Positions 8,556-18,139 of a stretch of DNA of 32,964 bases are shown one piece after another; within the stretch, counting starts at the first letter, position 1; each line of letters begins with the position of its first letter. The translations under genes were made by a program, and so were the position numbers. The notes beneath the pieces are model-generated. The model saw nothing but the letters and a program-made list of their open reading frames with translations. It searched no databases and had not been told where the DNA came from. Source of the DNA: Clostridia bacterium (GTDB taxonomy: Bacteria > Bacillota > Clostridia > TANB77 > SIG350); the NCBI GenBank assembly GCA_028701115.1, contig JAQVRJ010000006.1:1-32964 (forward strand), read 5' to 3'.

Positions 8556-9826
8556 TTAGCACCTCTATTCTTTAAAAAATAGATTGTATTTAGCTTGATT
8601 GCCTTAGCAACATTAATAACATTTTTTAATTTAATATTATTTATTTTATTTATTGCTTCTTCTATAGTTATATTAGTATTCATAATTGATTGATTAGCAT
8701 AATAACTAATTGTCCTAAAAGCAGAATCATTAGTAGTTTTATATAATGTCATTAAAACATTTTTTGAACCATTGAATTCTTCTTTTGTTATATTGCCTTT
8801 TTCCAAATCATTTAATTGTTTTTTTATAACTGTTATAGCCTTATCATAACTAACTATATCTATACCTGTCTCAACTAATAATACATTTGTATTACGAATA
8901 AAAGCAGAAATTGCCTCATATGCTAAATGTTCTTTTTCTACAACAAAACGATACAATTTAGAATTAGATTCTATTCCTAAAATCGTATTCAACAATAAAA
9001 TATCATATGTGTCAAATTTTTCTATTTCTTTAATAGTTAATCCTAATACTAATTTCCCTTGAATAACATCCAATTCTTCTACAATATTTTTTTCATTATT
9101 TGTACTCGAAATATATGTAGCCTTAGGTTGATATATTATATTTCTAAATTTTAATATTTCATAATTCAACCTATCCTTTACACATTTTAGAACATATTTT
9201 TCATCCATATCTGAAGAAATCAAAATATCTATTTTAGCATTTTTTAAAATATACATATACTGATTATACAATATTGCATTATTCACATCTATTAAGTCAT
9301 TAATATATCCTAAACTATATAACCCATAATTTTCTTCTTCACATACTTCTTCAATACATCTATTAAAAGCATAATTCATTTTATCATTTATTTTATTTTC
9401 AATTGCAATTTTTAATAGTTCTTTTTCTTGTTGCACATATTCTTGCTTAAATGTACCATTTTCAAGATATGGCTCAAATATTAAACCAAAAAAAGAATCT
9501 AATGATTTTTCAAAAACATTATCATTTACTATACTATCTTTAACTGTTTCTATATAAAACTTTAAAACTTGATTATTACCAAATTTGTCCACCGAAGTAC
9601 CAAAACTTGCTCCATATAAATTTTCTAAGCTTATTTCTATTGCTTGTAAATCTTGATATTTTTGTGTTCCTCTTTTTAAAATTGAAGGAATCAAAACATT
9701 TAATGTTACTGATTCTCTTAATAAAGGAACTGTTAAAAACATAGATATAACATTGGATTTATATTTATCATCTTTTAAGTAATGAAAAGTTATATTATTC
9801 TCTATATCATATTTTTTTAGTTGCAT
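8552..9826 (-). CDS. M16 family peptidase-like protein lacking the HxxEH motif (non-catalytic partner)
   Basis: Same length and fold-level similarity to the downstream M16 gene, but the N-terminal region has no HxxEH. This resembles the ymfF/ymfH-like pairing known in Bacillota. Confidence 0.75.
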   Translation of the reverse strand: MQLKKYDIENNITFHYLKDDKYKSNVISMFLTVPLLRESVTLNVLIPSILKRGTQKYQDLQAIEISLENLYGASFGTSVDKFGNNQVLKFYIETVKDSIVNDNVFEKSLDSFFGLIFEPYLENGTFKQEYVQQEKELLKIAIENKINDKMNYAFNRCIEEVCEEENYGLYSLGYINDLIDVNNAILYNQYMYILKNAKIDILISSDMDEKYVLKCVKDRLNYEILKFRNIIYQPKATYISSTNNEKNIVEELDVIQGKLVLGLTIKEIEKFDTYDILLLNTILGIESNSKLYRFVVEKEHLAYEAISAFIRNTNVLLVETGIDIVSYDKAITVIKKQLNDLEKGNITKEEFNGSKNVLMTLYKTTNDSAFRTISYYANQSIMNTNITIEEAINKINNIKLKNVINVAKAIKLNTIYFLKNRGAK

Positions 9827-9921
9827 ATTTCCTCCTTGATTATTTTACATTATACACCATTTGTTTTTATTGTCAAATAAAAAATAATATAAATAATTAT
9901 TTATGCATAACCATTTATATT

Positions 9922-9950
9922 GAAAAAATACAAGAGGAATACTCTTGTAT
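9922..9950 (-). terminator. Intrinsic terminator after rpsU-yqeY
   Basis: atacaagag (9928..9936) pairs with ctcttgtat (9942..9950). On the minus-strand RNA the stem is followed by a U-run (plus-strand A-run 9923..9928). It lies 8 nt downstream of the yqeY stop. Confidence 0.75.
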
Positions 9951-9957
9951 TTTTATA

Positions 9958-10401
9958 CTATGCTAATTGTTGTTTTACTATTTCATTAATTGTTTTACCA
10001 TCAGCTACACCAGCTGTTTTAGCTTTTACAGCTTGCATTACTTTTCCCATATCTTTCATATCTTTTGCTTCAACTTCAAGAATAGTATCTTTTACTATTT
10101 GTTCGACTTCTTGATATGTTAATTGTTCAGGTAAATATTCTTTAACAACTTCTATCTCTTGTTTTAAGCCATCAATTAAATCTTGTCTTCCACTTTTTTC
10201 AAAGTCAACCATTGCATCTTTTCTTTTTTTCAACTCTTTAGATATTATTTCTATAATACCATTATCGTCTAATTCAATCTTTTGATCTTTTTCGATTTGT
10301 AAAATTGCAGCTCTTATCAATGTAATAGTATTCTTTTTGACAACATCCTTATTTCTCATGGCAACTTTAAGATCATCCATTAATCTTTCCTTTAAAGCCA
10401 T
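9958..10401 (-). CDS. yqeY: GatB/YqeY domain protein
   Basis: MALKERLMDDLKVAMRNKD... matches the YqeY family N-terminus, and the rpsU-yqeY gene order is conserved. The start is ambiguous (GTG 10410, ATG 10407, ATG 10401); I chose 10401. Confidence 0.85.
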   Translation of the reverse strand: MALKERLMDDLKVAMRNKDVVKKNTITLIRAAILQIEKDQKIELDDNGIIEIISKELKKRKDAMVDFEKSGRQDLIDGLKQEIEVVKEYLPEQLTYQEVEQIVKDTILEVEAKDMKDMGKVMQAVKAKTAGVADGKTINEIVKQQLA

Positions 10402-10416
10402 CTGCATCACCCATTT

Positions 10417-10590
10417 CTAAAATTTTCTTTTCCTTGCAGCTTCAGATTTCTTTTTTCTCTTAATACTAGGTTTTTCATAATGCTCTCTTTTTTTATATTC
10501 AGCCATTACGCCATTTTTAGCGCATTGTCTTTTAAATCTTTTTAATACATTATCGAAATTTTCATTTTCTCTTACTTTTATTTCAGACAT
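10417..10590 (-). CDS. rpsU: 30S ribosomal protein bS21
   Basis: Not in the ORF track (57 aa). My translation of the reverse complement is [57 protein letters not shown], then TAG. A GAGGAGGGG RBS lies upstream. Confidence 0.9.
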   Translation of the reverse strand: MSEIKVRENENFDNVLKRFKRQCAKNGVMAEYKKREHYEKPSIKRKKKSEAARKRKF

Positions 10591-10650
10591 TTATGTTTCC
10601 CCTCCTCTCGGATACTACATGGTATAAATACACACCATAAAGATATATAT

Positions 10651-10679
10651 ATTATATATTATACTGCCTCTTCTGTCAA
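10651..10679 (-). promoter_or_regulatory. SigA-type promoter for rpsU-yqeY
   Basis: Minus strand reads TTGACA (10679..10674), a 17-nt spacer, then TATAAT (10656..10651). Confidence 0.6.
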
Positions 10680-10727
10680 TTAAAAAGTTGCTTTTTAAAG
10701 CATTTTTCGTTTTTTTATGTATATTAC

Positions 10728-10756
10728 TTGAAAAATAGATTATAACATGTTAAAAT
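10728..10756 (+). promoter_or_regulatory. SigA-type promoter for rpsT
   Basis: TTGAAA (10728..10733), a 17-nt spacer, then TAAAAT (10751..10756), ~45 nt upstream of the rpsT ATG. Confidence 0.55.
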
Positions 10757-10802
10757 AGTGAAGTAAAAATATGCAAAGTAAGTATAAGGAGGTGCATTAT
10801 AA

Positions 10803-11045
10803 ATGCCAAATATCAAATCTTCAATAAAAAGAGTAAAAACAACAGCAACAAAAACAGCTCAAAATACAATTAATAAATCTGAATATAAAACAGCTGTTAA
10901 AAAATTTGAAGCTAACCCAAATGAAACAAGCTTTAAAACTGCAGTAAAAGCAATCGATACAGCTTGTGCAAAAAGTATTTTAAAGAAAAATACTGCTAGC
11001 AGAAAAAAATCTTCATTAGCTAAAAAATTAAAAGTTGCTAAATAA
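10803..11045 (+). CDS. rpsT: 30S ribosomal protein bS20
   Basis: MPNIKSSIKRVKTTATKTAQN... is a typical S20 N-terminus. AAGGAGG RBS. Confidence 0.95.
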   Translation: MPNIKSSIKRVKTTATKTAQNTINKSEYKTAVKKFEANPNETSFKTAVKAIDTACAKSILKKNTASRKKSSLAKKLKVAK

Positions 11046-11069
11046 TAAATTTATTTACTTTTTAAATAG

Positions 11070-11110
11070 CCTTTTAATATGTTAATAATAACATATTAAA
11101 AGGTGTTTTT
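11070..11110 (+). terminator. Intrinsic terminator after rpsT
   Basis: ccttttaatatgtta (11070..11084) pairs with aacatattaaaagg (11090..11103), then tgttttt follows. Confidence 0.8.
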
Positions 11111-11185
11111 ATGAATAAAATTATTATTTTATTTTTCATTATATTCTTCTAAAACTTTAATTAAAATAATACAAATTCAATTATC

Positions 11186-11210
11186 ATAAAAAAAGAGCAT
11201 AAGCTCTTTT
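11186..11210 (-). terminator. Intrinsic terminator after the phosphofructokinase gene
   Basis: aaagagc (11192..11198) pairs with gctcttt (11203..11209). A U-run follows on the minus-strand RNA (plus-strand A-run 11187..11193). Confidence 0.65.
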
Positions 11211-11231
11211 CTTTATTTAAATAATTTTATA

Positions 11232-12368
11232 TTAATCTCCAAAGGATATTCCTATTGCTCTTGCAGATTTCATCATATCTCCATTTAGATCTACTTTTCT
11301 TAAATTAGTTCTTTCTGTATAACCTGAGGCAGCACCAATTTCTGTATTATTACCAACCACATTGTCTAATGGTACAAAATCTAATCTTCCATTTTGTTGT
11401 ACAACTAATACATTAAATACACCTTCTGACGCCAACTCTAACGCTTTATATCCATACTCTGTTGATAGAATTCTATCTGTAGCTGTAGGAACTCCTCCTC
11501 TTTGTACATACCCTAAAGTAGTATTACGTGTAACTTGCCCTGTTATATCTTCTATTTGCATAGCTAATTGCTCACCTATTCCACCAAGCCTAATACTATC
11601 TAACCCTGGTGTTGTTTCTAATACCTTTTTTACAGATATTTCTCCATTTTTAGGTTTAGCGCCTTCAGATACTACAACAAGTGAAAAATGCTTTCCAATT
11701 TTATTTCTTGTTTCTATTTTTTCTATAACCTTTTTAATATCATATGGTATTTCAGGTATTAAAATTACATCTGCTCCACCTGCAAGTCCTGAAGCTAAAG
11801 CAATCCATCCTGCATATCTTCCCATTACTTCAAGTATCATAACTCTCTCATGTGATTCTGCAGTTGTATGTAATCTATCTAATGCATCAGTAGCAGTTTG
11901 AACTGCTGTATTAAATCCAAAAGTAACTTCTGTACAAGGTACATCATTATCTATTGTCTTTGGTATTCCAATAATGTTAACTCCTCTTTTTGTAAAATCT
12001 CTAGCAGATTTTTGAGTACCATCCCCACCTAATGTAAACAAACAATCTATTTTTAATTTTTTTAAATTTTTAATACATTGTTCAGATTTATCTACATATG
12101 TTATTTTACCTTTTACAACTTTTTTCATTCTAAAAGCATTAATATCATTTGATGAACCAATTATTGTTCCACCTTTATTTAATAGTCCTGAACTTCTTTT
12201 ACTATTATTTAATTTAACATAGTCATTCTCTAATAATCCTTTATAACCATTTATAAATCCATAGCACTCTATATTCTTTTGTTCAGCCGATCTAATAATA
12301 GCTCTTATAACAGCATTTAACCCTGGGCAATCGCCACCATTAGTTAAAATAGCTACTCTTTTCACCAT
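11232..12368 (-). CDS. pfkA: 6-phosphofructokinase (PfkA family)
   Basis: RVAILTNGGDCPGLNAVIRAI, LGGDGT, IPKTIDNDV and MGRYAGWIA motifs. ATG at 12368 (MVKRVAIL) follows AAGGAGG. The track start at 12395 lies upstream of the RBS. Confidence 0.9.
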   Translation of the reverse strand: MVKRVAILTNGGDCPGLNAVIRAIIRSAEQKNIECYGFINGYKGLLENDYVKLNNSKRSSGLLNKGGTIIGSSNDINAFRMKKVVKGKITYVDKSEQCIKNLKKLKIDCLFTLGGDGTQKSARDFTKRGVNIIGIPKTIDNDVPCTEVTFGFNTAVQTATDALDRLHTTAESHERVMILEVMGRYAGWIALASGLAGGADVILIPEIPYDIKKVIEKIETRNKIGKHFSLVVVSEGAKPKNGEISVKKVLETTPGLDSIRLGGIGEQLAMQIEDITGQVTRNTTLGYVQRGGVPTATDRILSTEYGYKALELASEGVFNVLVVQQNGRLDFVPLDNVVGNNTEIGAASGYTERTNLRKVDLNGDMMKSARAIGISFGD

Positions 12369-12399
12369 ATAATTATTCCTCCTTAGTAATTTCAATTAC

Positions 12400-12428
12400 A
12401 TTTTAATATTTATATACCTAAATGTCAA
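12400..12428 (-). promoter_or_regulatory. SigA-type promoter for pfkA
   Basis: Minus strand reads TTGACA (12428..12423), a 17-nt spacer, then TAAAAT (12405..12400). Confidence 0.55.
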
Positions 12429-12546
12429 TAAATAATAAAAATATAAATAAAGATGTTTAAGTTCTTTTTTGTAAGAATTTTTATATTTAATATCTACATT
12501 TAGGCAAAAAATATATATTTATTAGACTTTTCTTCAGTTACATAAT

Positions 12547-12575
12547 TTGACTTTTACTAATATATTATATATAAT
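12547..12575 (+). promoter_or_regulatory. SigA-type promoter for clpE
   Basis: TTGACT (12547..12552), a 17-nt spacer, then TATAAT (12570..12575). Confidence 0.6.
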
Positions 12576-12608
12576 ATATTAGCATTAAATATGAAAGGAA
12601 ATAATAAT

Positions 12609-14918
12609 ATGTTATGTTCAGATTGTAAAAAAAATCAAGCAATAATCTTTATAAATAAACAAGTTGAAGACAAAAATGAATTAACTGGTCTTTGTTTTTC
12701 TTGCGCCCAAAAAAGAGGAATTAACCCTGTAGAAACATTAATGAAGCAAAGTGGAATTAATCAAGAAACTCTATCAAAATTTGCTGAACAAATTGAAGGA
12801 AATATAGATAATTTTGACGGAAATAATAAATTATCCGAATTAAATTTAGATAATTTAGAATCTGTAGATATGAATTCAGAGGAAATGAAAAACAACCCAT
12901 TTGCAAATATATTTTCACAATTTATGAGTGGTAATCCTAATAATACTATGGACACAGAATCAAAAATTGGTACTAAAGAAAAAACTAAAACAAAAATTGA
13001 AAAAAAGAAAAAATATTTAAATGCATTTGCAGTTAATATAAATAACCTTGCTGAAGAAGGAAAATTAGATAATCTAATCGGTAGAGATTTAGAACTAAGT
13101 CGTGTTGTTCAAATACTAAACAGAAGAACAAAGAATAATCCAGTTTTAATTGGAGAACCTGGTGTTGGTAAAACAGCTATTGCAAATGGTCTTGCTATAA
13201 AAATAATAAACAAAGATGTACCTGCAAAATTACTAAAATCTGAGTTGTATCTTTTAGATCTTACTGCCTTAGTTTCTGGCACTCAATTTAGAGGACAATT
13301 CGAAGCACGAATTAAAGGTATTGTAGAAGAATGTAAACAATTCGGAAATATTATTCTTGTAATAGATGAAATTCATAATTTAGTTGGAGCTGGTAATGCA
13401 GAAAATGCAATGAGTGCAGCTAATATATTAAAGCCAGCATTATCTAATGGTAGTATTCAAGTAATTGGTACTACAACATTAAACGAGTATAGAAAACATA
13501 TTGAAAAAGATTCTGCTTTAGAAAGAAGATTTCAACCAGTTGTTATTGATGAACCAGATATTAAAGCTTCAATTGAAATATTAAAAGGTATTAAAAAATA
13601 TTATGAAATTTACCATAACATTACTGTCCCAGATGATATACTTCAAAAAATTGTAACAATGTCTGAAAAATATATTCATGATAGATTTTTACCAGACAAA
13701 GCAATAGATATCCTTGATGAATCATGTTCAAATGTTAATCTTCATGATAAAAAATTATCTAAAATTACAATATTAAAAAATAGATTAGCAGAAATACAAG
13801 CACAAAAAGATTATGCTATAGAAAATGATTCAACTGAAGATTACCAAAAAGCAGCACAATTAAAAACTGATGAATGCAATTTAATTACAGAAATTGAAAC
13901 ACTAGAAAAAAATTATAAACCAAATGAATTAACAATACATGATATAGCTCAAACTATTGAAACATGGACAAAAATTCCTGCAACAAAAATTTCTGAAGAA
14001 GAAAGTGAAAAACTTTTACATTTAGAAGAAAATTTACACAAGAGAATTATATCTCAAGATAATGCCGTAAATGCAGTTTCAAATGCTATAAGAAGAAATA
14101 GAGCTGGATTAAAAACAAGGAAAGCTCCACCATCATTTATATTTATTGGACCTACAGGTGTTGGTAAAACAGAATTAGTTAAAGCTTTATCTGTAGAATT
14201 ATTTGGTAATGAAAAATCAATAATTCGTATGGATATGTCAGAATATATGGAACAACATAGTGTATCAAAATTAATTGGTGCACCTCCAGGATATGCTGGA
14301 TATGATGAAGCTGGTCAATTAACCGAAAAAGTTAGACGCAACCCATATTCAATAGTATTATTTGATGAAATAGAAAAAGCACATAAAGATGTTTTCAATA
14401 TATTATTACAAATACTAGATGAAGGACATTTAACTGATTCACAAGGCCGAACCGTTTCATTTGAAAATACTATTATTATTATGACATCAAATGCTGGTTC
14501 AGATTATTCAAATAGTTCAATAGGCTTTAATCAAAATGAGCAAATACGTAACGAAAATAAAGTTATGAACAGTTTAAAAGAAATATTCAGACCAGAATTT
14601 TTAAATAGAATTGATGAGATAATTACGTTCCATAATTTAACAAAAGATGATTTACTAAAAATTATATCTCTAATGTTAAAAGAAGTTGAAAATGTTTTAT
14701 TAGAAAAAAATATTATATTTAAAGCAACAGCTAAAGTTAATCAATATATTTTGGAAAATGGTTATGATGAAAAATTTGGAGCTAGACCATTAAGAAGATG
14801 TATACAGAAAACAATTGAAAATCCTATTTCTGAAAAAGTATTAAAAGAAGAAATCAAATATAATTCAACAATTACTGTTGATGTTAAAAATAAAGAATTA
14901 ATATTTGAAATAATATAA
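12609..14918 (+). CDS. clpE: ATP-dependent Clp protease ATP-binding subunit ClpE (two AAA+ modules, N-terminal zinc ribbon)
   Basis: The N-terminus MLCSDCKKNQ...GLCFSCAQKRG is the C-x2-C...C-x2-C zinc finger that replaces the Clp_N repeats in ClpE. Walker A/B 1 are GEPGVGKTA / ILVIDEIH; Walker A/B 2 are GPTGVGKTE / VLFDEIEKA. A UVR-like linker (EDYQKAAQLKTDE) and a ClpP-docking IGF loop (SSIGFNQ) are present. ATG at 12609 is preferred because the predicted -10 leaves almost no leader for ATG 12591, and AAAGGAA lies ~9 nt upstream of 12609. Confidence 0.9.
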   Translation: MLCSDCKKNQAIIFINKQVEDKNELTGLCFSCAQKRGINPVETLMKQSGINQETLSKFAEQIEGNIDNFDGNNKLSELNLDNLESVDMNSEEMKNNPFANIFSQFMSGNPNNTMDTESKIGTKEKTKTKIEKKKKYLNAFAVNINNLAEEGKLDNLIGRDLELSRVVQILNRRTKNNPVLIGEPGVGKTAIANGLAIKIINKDVPAKLLKSELYLLDLTALVSGTQFRGQFEARIKGIVEECKQFGNIILVIDEIHNLVGAGNAENAMSAANILKPALSNGSIQVIGTTTLNEYRKHIEKDSALERRFQPVVIDEPDIKASIEILKGIKKYYEIYHNITVPDDILQKIVTMSEKYIHDRFLPDKAIDILDESCSNVNLHDKKLSKITILKNRLAEIQAQKDYAIENDSTEDYQKAAQLKTDECNLITEIETLEKNYKPNELTIHDIAQTIETWTKIPATKISEEESEKLLHLEENLHKRIISQDNAVNAVSNAIRRNRAGLKTRKAPPSFIFIGPTGVGKTELVKALSVELFGNEKSIIRMDMSEYMEQHSVSKLIGAPPGYAGYDEAGQLTEKVRRNPYSIVLFDEIEKAHKDVFNILLQILDEGHLTDSQGRTVSFENTIIIMTSNAGSDYSNSSIGFNQNEQIRNENKVMNSLKEIFRPEFLNRIDEIITFHNLTKDDLLKIISLMLKEVENVLLEKNIIFKATAKVNQYILENGYDEKFGARPLRRCIQKTIENPISEKVLKEEIKYNSTITVDVKNKELIFEII

Positions 14919-14926
14919 TAGCAAAC

Positions 14927-14962
14927 AAAAACAAACTTTAAAATAAAGTTTGTTTTTATTTC
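14927..14962. terminator. Bidirectional intrinsic terminator between convergent clpE and the 372-aa gene
   Basis: aaaaacaaacttta (14927..14940) pairs with aaagtttgttttt (14945..14957). It is flanked by A-runs upstream and T-runs downstream. Confidence 0.75.
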
Positions 14963-14971
14963 TATATGATT

Positions 14972-16090
14972 TTACTTATTAAAATTCCATACCTTAATTT
15001 TATTTGCACTTTCAACTAATACAATGCTATCTTTTACAAATTCAATATTAGTAACATAGTTATAATCATTACCAGTTAATTCATATGTATTAAGTTTCTC
15101 TTTAGTATTTACATTATACACATCTACATAAACTTTGTTTTTTTCTGGATTTGAATAATCTTCAACTACTACCGCAATATATTTTGCATCAGAAGATAAA
15201 TATGACACATAATGTAATTTTTCATTTTCGGTTTTTTCTACATTAAATACTTCGGTTTTTTCTAACGTATCAATATTTAATTTCATTAATGGCATGTTTT
15301 CATATACATCAACATAATATATTAATGATTCATTATCATATAATAAATAGCCAGCATCATTTATAGAAACAAACTTATTATTTGTACCATCCATATTAAT
15401 AATACCAATACCCTTAACCCATTCATAACCGCATTTTAAATATATTATTTTATCACCAATAAAATCACTAGGATGATATGATTCTGAATCTCTAACATCA
15501 TCATTGCTAATCATTGTTTCAAATAATATTTTAGGATTTTCAAAACAAGGTTCAGATACAAATAATCCTTCATCTGTATTATATGTCCAATACTTATTAT
15601 CTGAAGATATTTTTATATTATATTTATAACCTACATCTTCACTAGTATTCTCAAGTTGCATTGTTTTATAATTTATATTATATAAAAATGTTGGATAAAC
15701 ATTAACTCCATATAATTCTTCATGGTAATAATCTGTACCTATAAAATATGCAAGATCATTTGATTTATCTATTCCAAGAAAATAGCAACCATTATCTATC
15801 TTTATACTATTTTTATTTAAGCCAGTATCCAAATTATATTTATAAATTTTAACTGTTACCATCAAATTATTATCATCGTAACCAGTTATTGGTTTAATCT
15901 CTCTATACTGTATAAAAAAATTTTTATCATCAATTTTTGTTACAGCATCAATTACTAAGTTTTCTGCCTCCTCTATATTTTCTGTATTAAATGTAATAAA
16001 TTCTTCAACTGGTTTATTAAATATACTAGTTACATATAATAATACAATTATTACTATTAACACCAATAAAACATAAATAAGTTTTTTCAT
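14972..16090 (-). CDS. Membrane-anchored hypothetical protein, probable beta-propeller (PD40/TolB-like repeats)
   Basis: N-terminal signal-anchor MKKLIYVLLVLIVIIVLLYV. Recurring S-x-D-x-K-Y motifs (SSDNKYWTYNTDEGLFV, LSSDAKYIAVVVED) resemble PD40 blades. No catalytic motif was recognised. Confidence 0.6.
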   Translation of the reverse strand: MKKLIYVLLVLIVIIVLLYVTSIFNKPVEEFITFNTENIEEAENLVIDAVTKIDDKNFFIQYREIKPITGYDDNNLMVTVKIYKYNLDTGLNKNSIKIDNGCYFLGIDKSNDLAYFIGTDYYHEELYGVNVYPTFLYNINYKTMQLENTSEDVGYKYNIKISSDNKYWTYNTDEGLFVSEPCFENPKILFETMISNDDVRDSESYHPSDFIGDKIIYLKCGYEWVKGIGIINMDGTNNKFVSINDAGYLLYDNESLIYYVDVYENMPLMKLNIDTLEKTEVFNVEKTENEKLHYVSYLSSDAKYIAVVVEDYSNPEKNKVYVDVYNVNTKEKLNTYELTGNDYNYVTNIEFVKDSIVLVESANKIKVWNFNK

Positions 16091-16240
16091 ATTACCACCT
16101 CAATGGAATTATATCATACAACTCATATTTGATTCAATAGAATATTGATTTTTATGTAATTTAAATTATTTTAAAAAATATGTAAGCATATACAGATAAA
16201 CTCAATAAAAAATAAATTAATATATAATATATATATTAAT

Positions 16241-16669
16241 TTATTTACTATAGAAGATTAAATCTGGTTCAAATCCTATAATTGTAGAATCTGCTCCAAC
16301 AAAGTAATCTTTACTACTAGAATTTAGCGTTGGCACAAATGCTCTAAACCCGTTATGAACAGACCCATCAAAACTATTAAGCATATTTGCATAATTAGCA
16401 GATACATTATCATATAAATGTGGTGTTGCTAAAAAGCTTTTTACAAAAGCAACTAGCACTTCCTCATTTATAGCAAATTCTGGCATAATTAGCTTAAATC
16501 GTTTTTCCTTAAAGCATCCCAAATATAGTTTATTCTCATGAAGTGAATAATACGATGGTAAACCCTTCATTTCATATAAACGTATAGCACAATTAAGTAT
16601 AATACCTAATTCTTCATCTGTGCATCCATTGATTTCAAATTTTTGTTCAGAACTATACATTATAGTCAC
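16241..16669 (-). CDS. Hypothetical protein, 142 aa, no recognised family
   Basis: Long ORF on the same strand as its neighbours, with no signal peptide. The function call is not supportable. Confidence 0.5.
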   Translation of the reverse strand: MTIMYSSEQKFEINGCTDEELGIILNCAIRLYEMKGLPSYYSLHENKLYLGCFKEKRFKLIMPEFAINEEVLVAFVKSFLATPHLYDNVSANYANMLNSFDGSVHNGFRAFVPTLNSSSKDYFVGADSTIIGFEPDLIFYSK

Positions 16670-16744
16670 CTTTTGTAAATAACTTATTTACTCAATTATT
16701 ATATCACAAAAATCTATACTATACAATAAAAAAAAATTATAAAC

Positions 16745-16772
16745 ATAAAAAAAGAGTTCAGCAAGCGAACTC
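16745..16772 (-). terminator. Intrinsic terminator immediately after secY
   Basis: gagttc (16754..16759) pairs with gaactc (16767..16772), a GC-containing stem. On the minus-strand RNA it is followed by seven U (plus-strand A-run 16747..16753). It starts 8 nt after the secY stop. Confidence 0.75.
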
Positions 16773-16779
16773 AATTTTT

Positions 16780-18138
16780 TTATTCTAAGAATCCTTTATA
16801 GTTTCTCATTAACATTTGTGATTCTAATTGTCTTGAGAATTCAAGAGCAACACCAACGATAATTAATACCGCTGTACCACCAAATGATACTGGCAATCCC
16901 GTTAATTGGAATGCAATTGGAACAATTGCAACTAATCCTAGGAATAAAGATCCAAACCATGTTAAATTATTTGTAATAGCTTTTAAATAATCTGTTGTTG
17001 GTTTTCCAGGCCTAATACCAGGAACAAAACCACCATTTCTCTTCAAATTATTTGATACTTCTACTGGATTAAATGTAATTAATGTATAAAAGAATGTAAA
17101 TCCAACAATTAACAACATATATATTAAACTATGACCTATAACATACATTATAGCTTCAAAAGTAATACCTTCTGCTGCACCTATTAATAAACTTGGTTGA
17201 GATAAAATTGTTAATGCTCTTAAGAATCCTGAACCATTTGCAATATTATTTACTACATCAGGTGCTACGAAACTTACGATTAACGCAGGGAATGTCATAA
17301 TTGACATAGCTAAAATTATTGGAATAACTCCGGCCATTACTAATTTCATTGGTATATGTGTGCTTTGTCCACCATACATTTTTCTACCAACTACTTTTTT
17401 AGCATATTGAACTGGAACTCTTCTTTCAGCTTCTTGTACCCAAACAACTGCTGTTACTAATATTAAAGCACCTATTAATATACCTAATGCTACTAATGTA
17501 CCAGTTAAGCTAAATGCTCCTACTAATATACCCATTAAATCTAATAACATTGTTATTGCTGAAGGTACTGCTGCTACTATACCAACGAAAATCAACATCG
17601 AAATACCATTTCCTATACCTTTTTCAGTAATCTGATCTCCAAGCCATGTTAAGAAAGCTGTACCAGCCGTTACCGTTAACAAGAATATTGGTATCATATA
17701 TGAATTAGGTAATAAGAATATTCCTTCTGATCCTCCATATGTTACAAACACACCAAAACCTTCGAAAATAGCCAAGACTACTGTTAAATATTTCATAATC
17801 TTATTCATTTTCTTTTTACCTTCTTCACCCTCTTTTTTCATTTGTTCAAGGGCTGGAATAGCTAATGTTAACAATTGTATAACAATTGATGCTGTAATAT
17901 ATGGTGCAATAGATAATGTAAATATTGATAAACGTGTTAATGCTCCACCAGATAATATATTCATTGTTGCTACTAAACTATTTGAATTAGATTCAACATA
18001 TTCAGCTAATTGTAAACTATCTATACCAGGTATAGGAATCATACAACCTATTCTGAATATTAATATTAATAATAAAGTGTATAATATTCTTTTTCTTACT
18101 TGTGGTAATTTCCATGCATTTATAATTGTCTTAATCAC
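16780..18138 (-). CDS. secY: Preprotein translocase subunit SecY
   Basis: 452-aa 10-TM protein. The N-terminus MIKTIINAWKLPQVRKRILYTLLLILIFRIG and its position after rplO are canonical. Confidence 0.95.
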   Translation of the reverse strand: MIKTIINAWKLPQVRKRILYTLLLILIFRIGCMIPIPGIDSLQLAEYVESNSNSLVATMNILSGGALTRLSIFTLSIAPYITASIVIQLLTLAIPALEQMKKEGEEGKKKMNKIMKYLTVVLAIFEGFGVFVTYGGSEGIFLLPNSYMIPIFLLTVTAGTAFLTWLGDQITEKGIGNGISMLIFVGIVAAVPSAITMLLDLMGILVGAFSLTGTLVALGILIGALILVTAVVWVQEAERRVPVQYAKKVVGRKMYGGQSTHIPMKLVMAGVIPIILAMSIMTFPALIVSFVAPDVVNNIANGSGFLRALTILSQPSLLIGAAEGITFEAIMYVIGHSLIYMLLIVGFTFFYTLITFNPVEVSNNLKRNGGFVPGIRPGKPTTDYLKAITNNLTWFGSLFLGLVAIVPIAFQLTGLPVSFGGTAVLIIVGVALEFSRQLESQMLMRNYKGFLE

Positions 18139-18139
18139 A

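Noticed and set aside
11111-11152. Tiny hydrophobic ORF MNKIIILFFIIFF immediately after the rpsT terminator
   Set aside because: It is 13 codons long with no RBS, lies directly downstream of a terminator, and has AT-rich chance-level composition.
12541-12562. CtsR operator at the clpE promoter (reverse complement contains AGTCAAA)
   Set aside because: Only one heptad matches the (A/G)GTCAAA-NAN-(A/G)GTCAAA direct repeat. The expected second heptad on either side is at most 3/7. No ctsR gene is in the window.
12609-12720. N-terminal C-x2-C...C-x2-C zinc ribbon on a ClpC-like ATPase, considered as a novel domain fusion
   Set aside because: This is the defining feature of the known ClpE subfamily of Bacillota Clp ATPases, so it is not novel.
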